The notes under the pieces were generated by a model. The model was not told the origin of the DNA, searched no databases, and worked only from the letters and a program-made list of their open reading frames with translations. A program made the position numbers and the translations under genes. This document shows, in pieces, positions 63,781 through 64,000 of a stretch of 64,000 nt of DNA; positions within the stretch are counted from its first letter, which is position 1, and every line of letters begins with the position of its first letter. The DNA is from Balanoglossus misakiensis (taxonomy: Eukaryota > Animalia > Hemichordata): NCBI GenBank assembly GCA_040954595.2, contig CM082577.2, forward strand, positions 15,011,903 through 15,075,902, read 5' to 3'.

Positions 63781-63906
63781 CTGAGCTTTAAACTGTTTTA
63801 GCTGACCACCTAACTCGCCGGCCTTAACAACGTGGATGCGGAGTTCGTAATCCGTTTTGATCAGCAAGCCTTTATCCTCATCGAGTTCCTTCTTTAACTT
63901 CCGTAT
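63781..63906 (-). CDS. Intermediate filament/lamin-like gene, rod-domain exon (gene continues beyond the window)
   Basis: IRKLKKELDEDKGLLIKTDYELRIHVVKAGELGGQLKQFKAQ; tgttttacag acceptor, CAG|GTATAT donor; 126 nt, phase 0-0. Confidence 0.85.
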
Positions 63907-63943
63907 CTGTAAAACACAAGTACGTGAACGGTTTCAGACATTT

Positions 63944-63945
<2 letters not shown>

Positions 63946-64000
<55 letters not shown>
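63946..64000 (+). repeat. (CAT)n microsatellite
   Basis: At least 18 perfect CAT units running to the window end. Confidence 0.98.

Overview
AT-rich, intron- and repeat-rich eukaryotic DNA. It looks like a marine invertebrate, plausibly an ambulacrarian such as a hemichordate; the species cannot be determined from sequence alone. Most ORFs in the supplied track are spurious. Coding content is on the minus strand. (i) A secreted or membrane protein has a signal-peptide exon at 53340-53424 that joins in phase to a LamG/pentraxin-domain exon at 1-557 (ADGRD1/GPR133-like N-terminus), implying a ~52.8-kb first intron. (ii) The last five exons of a lamin-tail-domain intermediate filament gene lacking CaaX lie at 61086-63906. 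(iii) An orphan, stop-containing SLC9C1-like exon lies at 55704-55847. The large intron holds many non-autonomous DNA transposons with readable TIRs/TSDs and a ~186-bp dimeric satellite with higher-order structure. The most interesting feature is an antisense (+ strand) array of five short exons (3403-10650) with homologous splice flanks. These exons are mutually complementary and form ~30-bp hairpins whose stems are completed across splice junctions, making this a candidate splicing-assembled hairpin/small-RNA precursor locus. All structures and alignments were read by eye and no searches were run.
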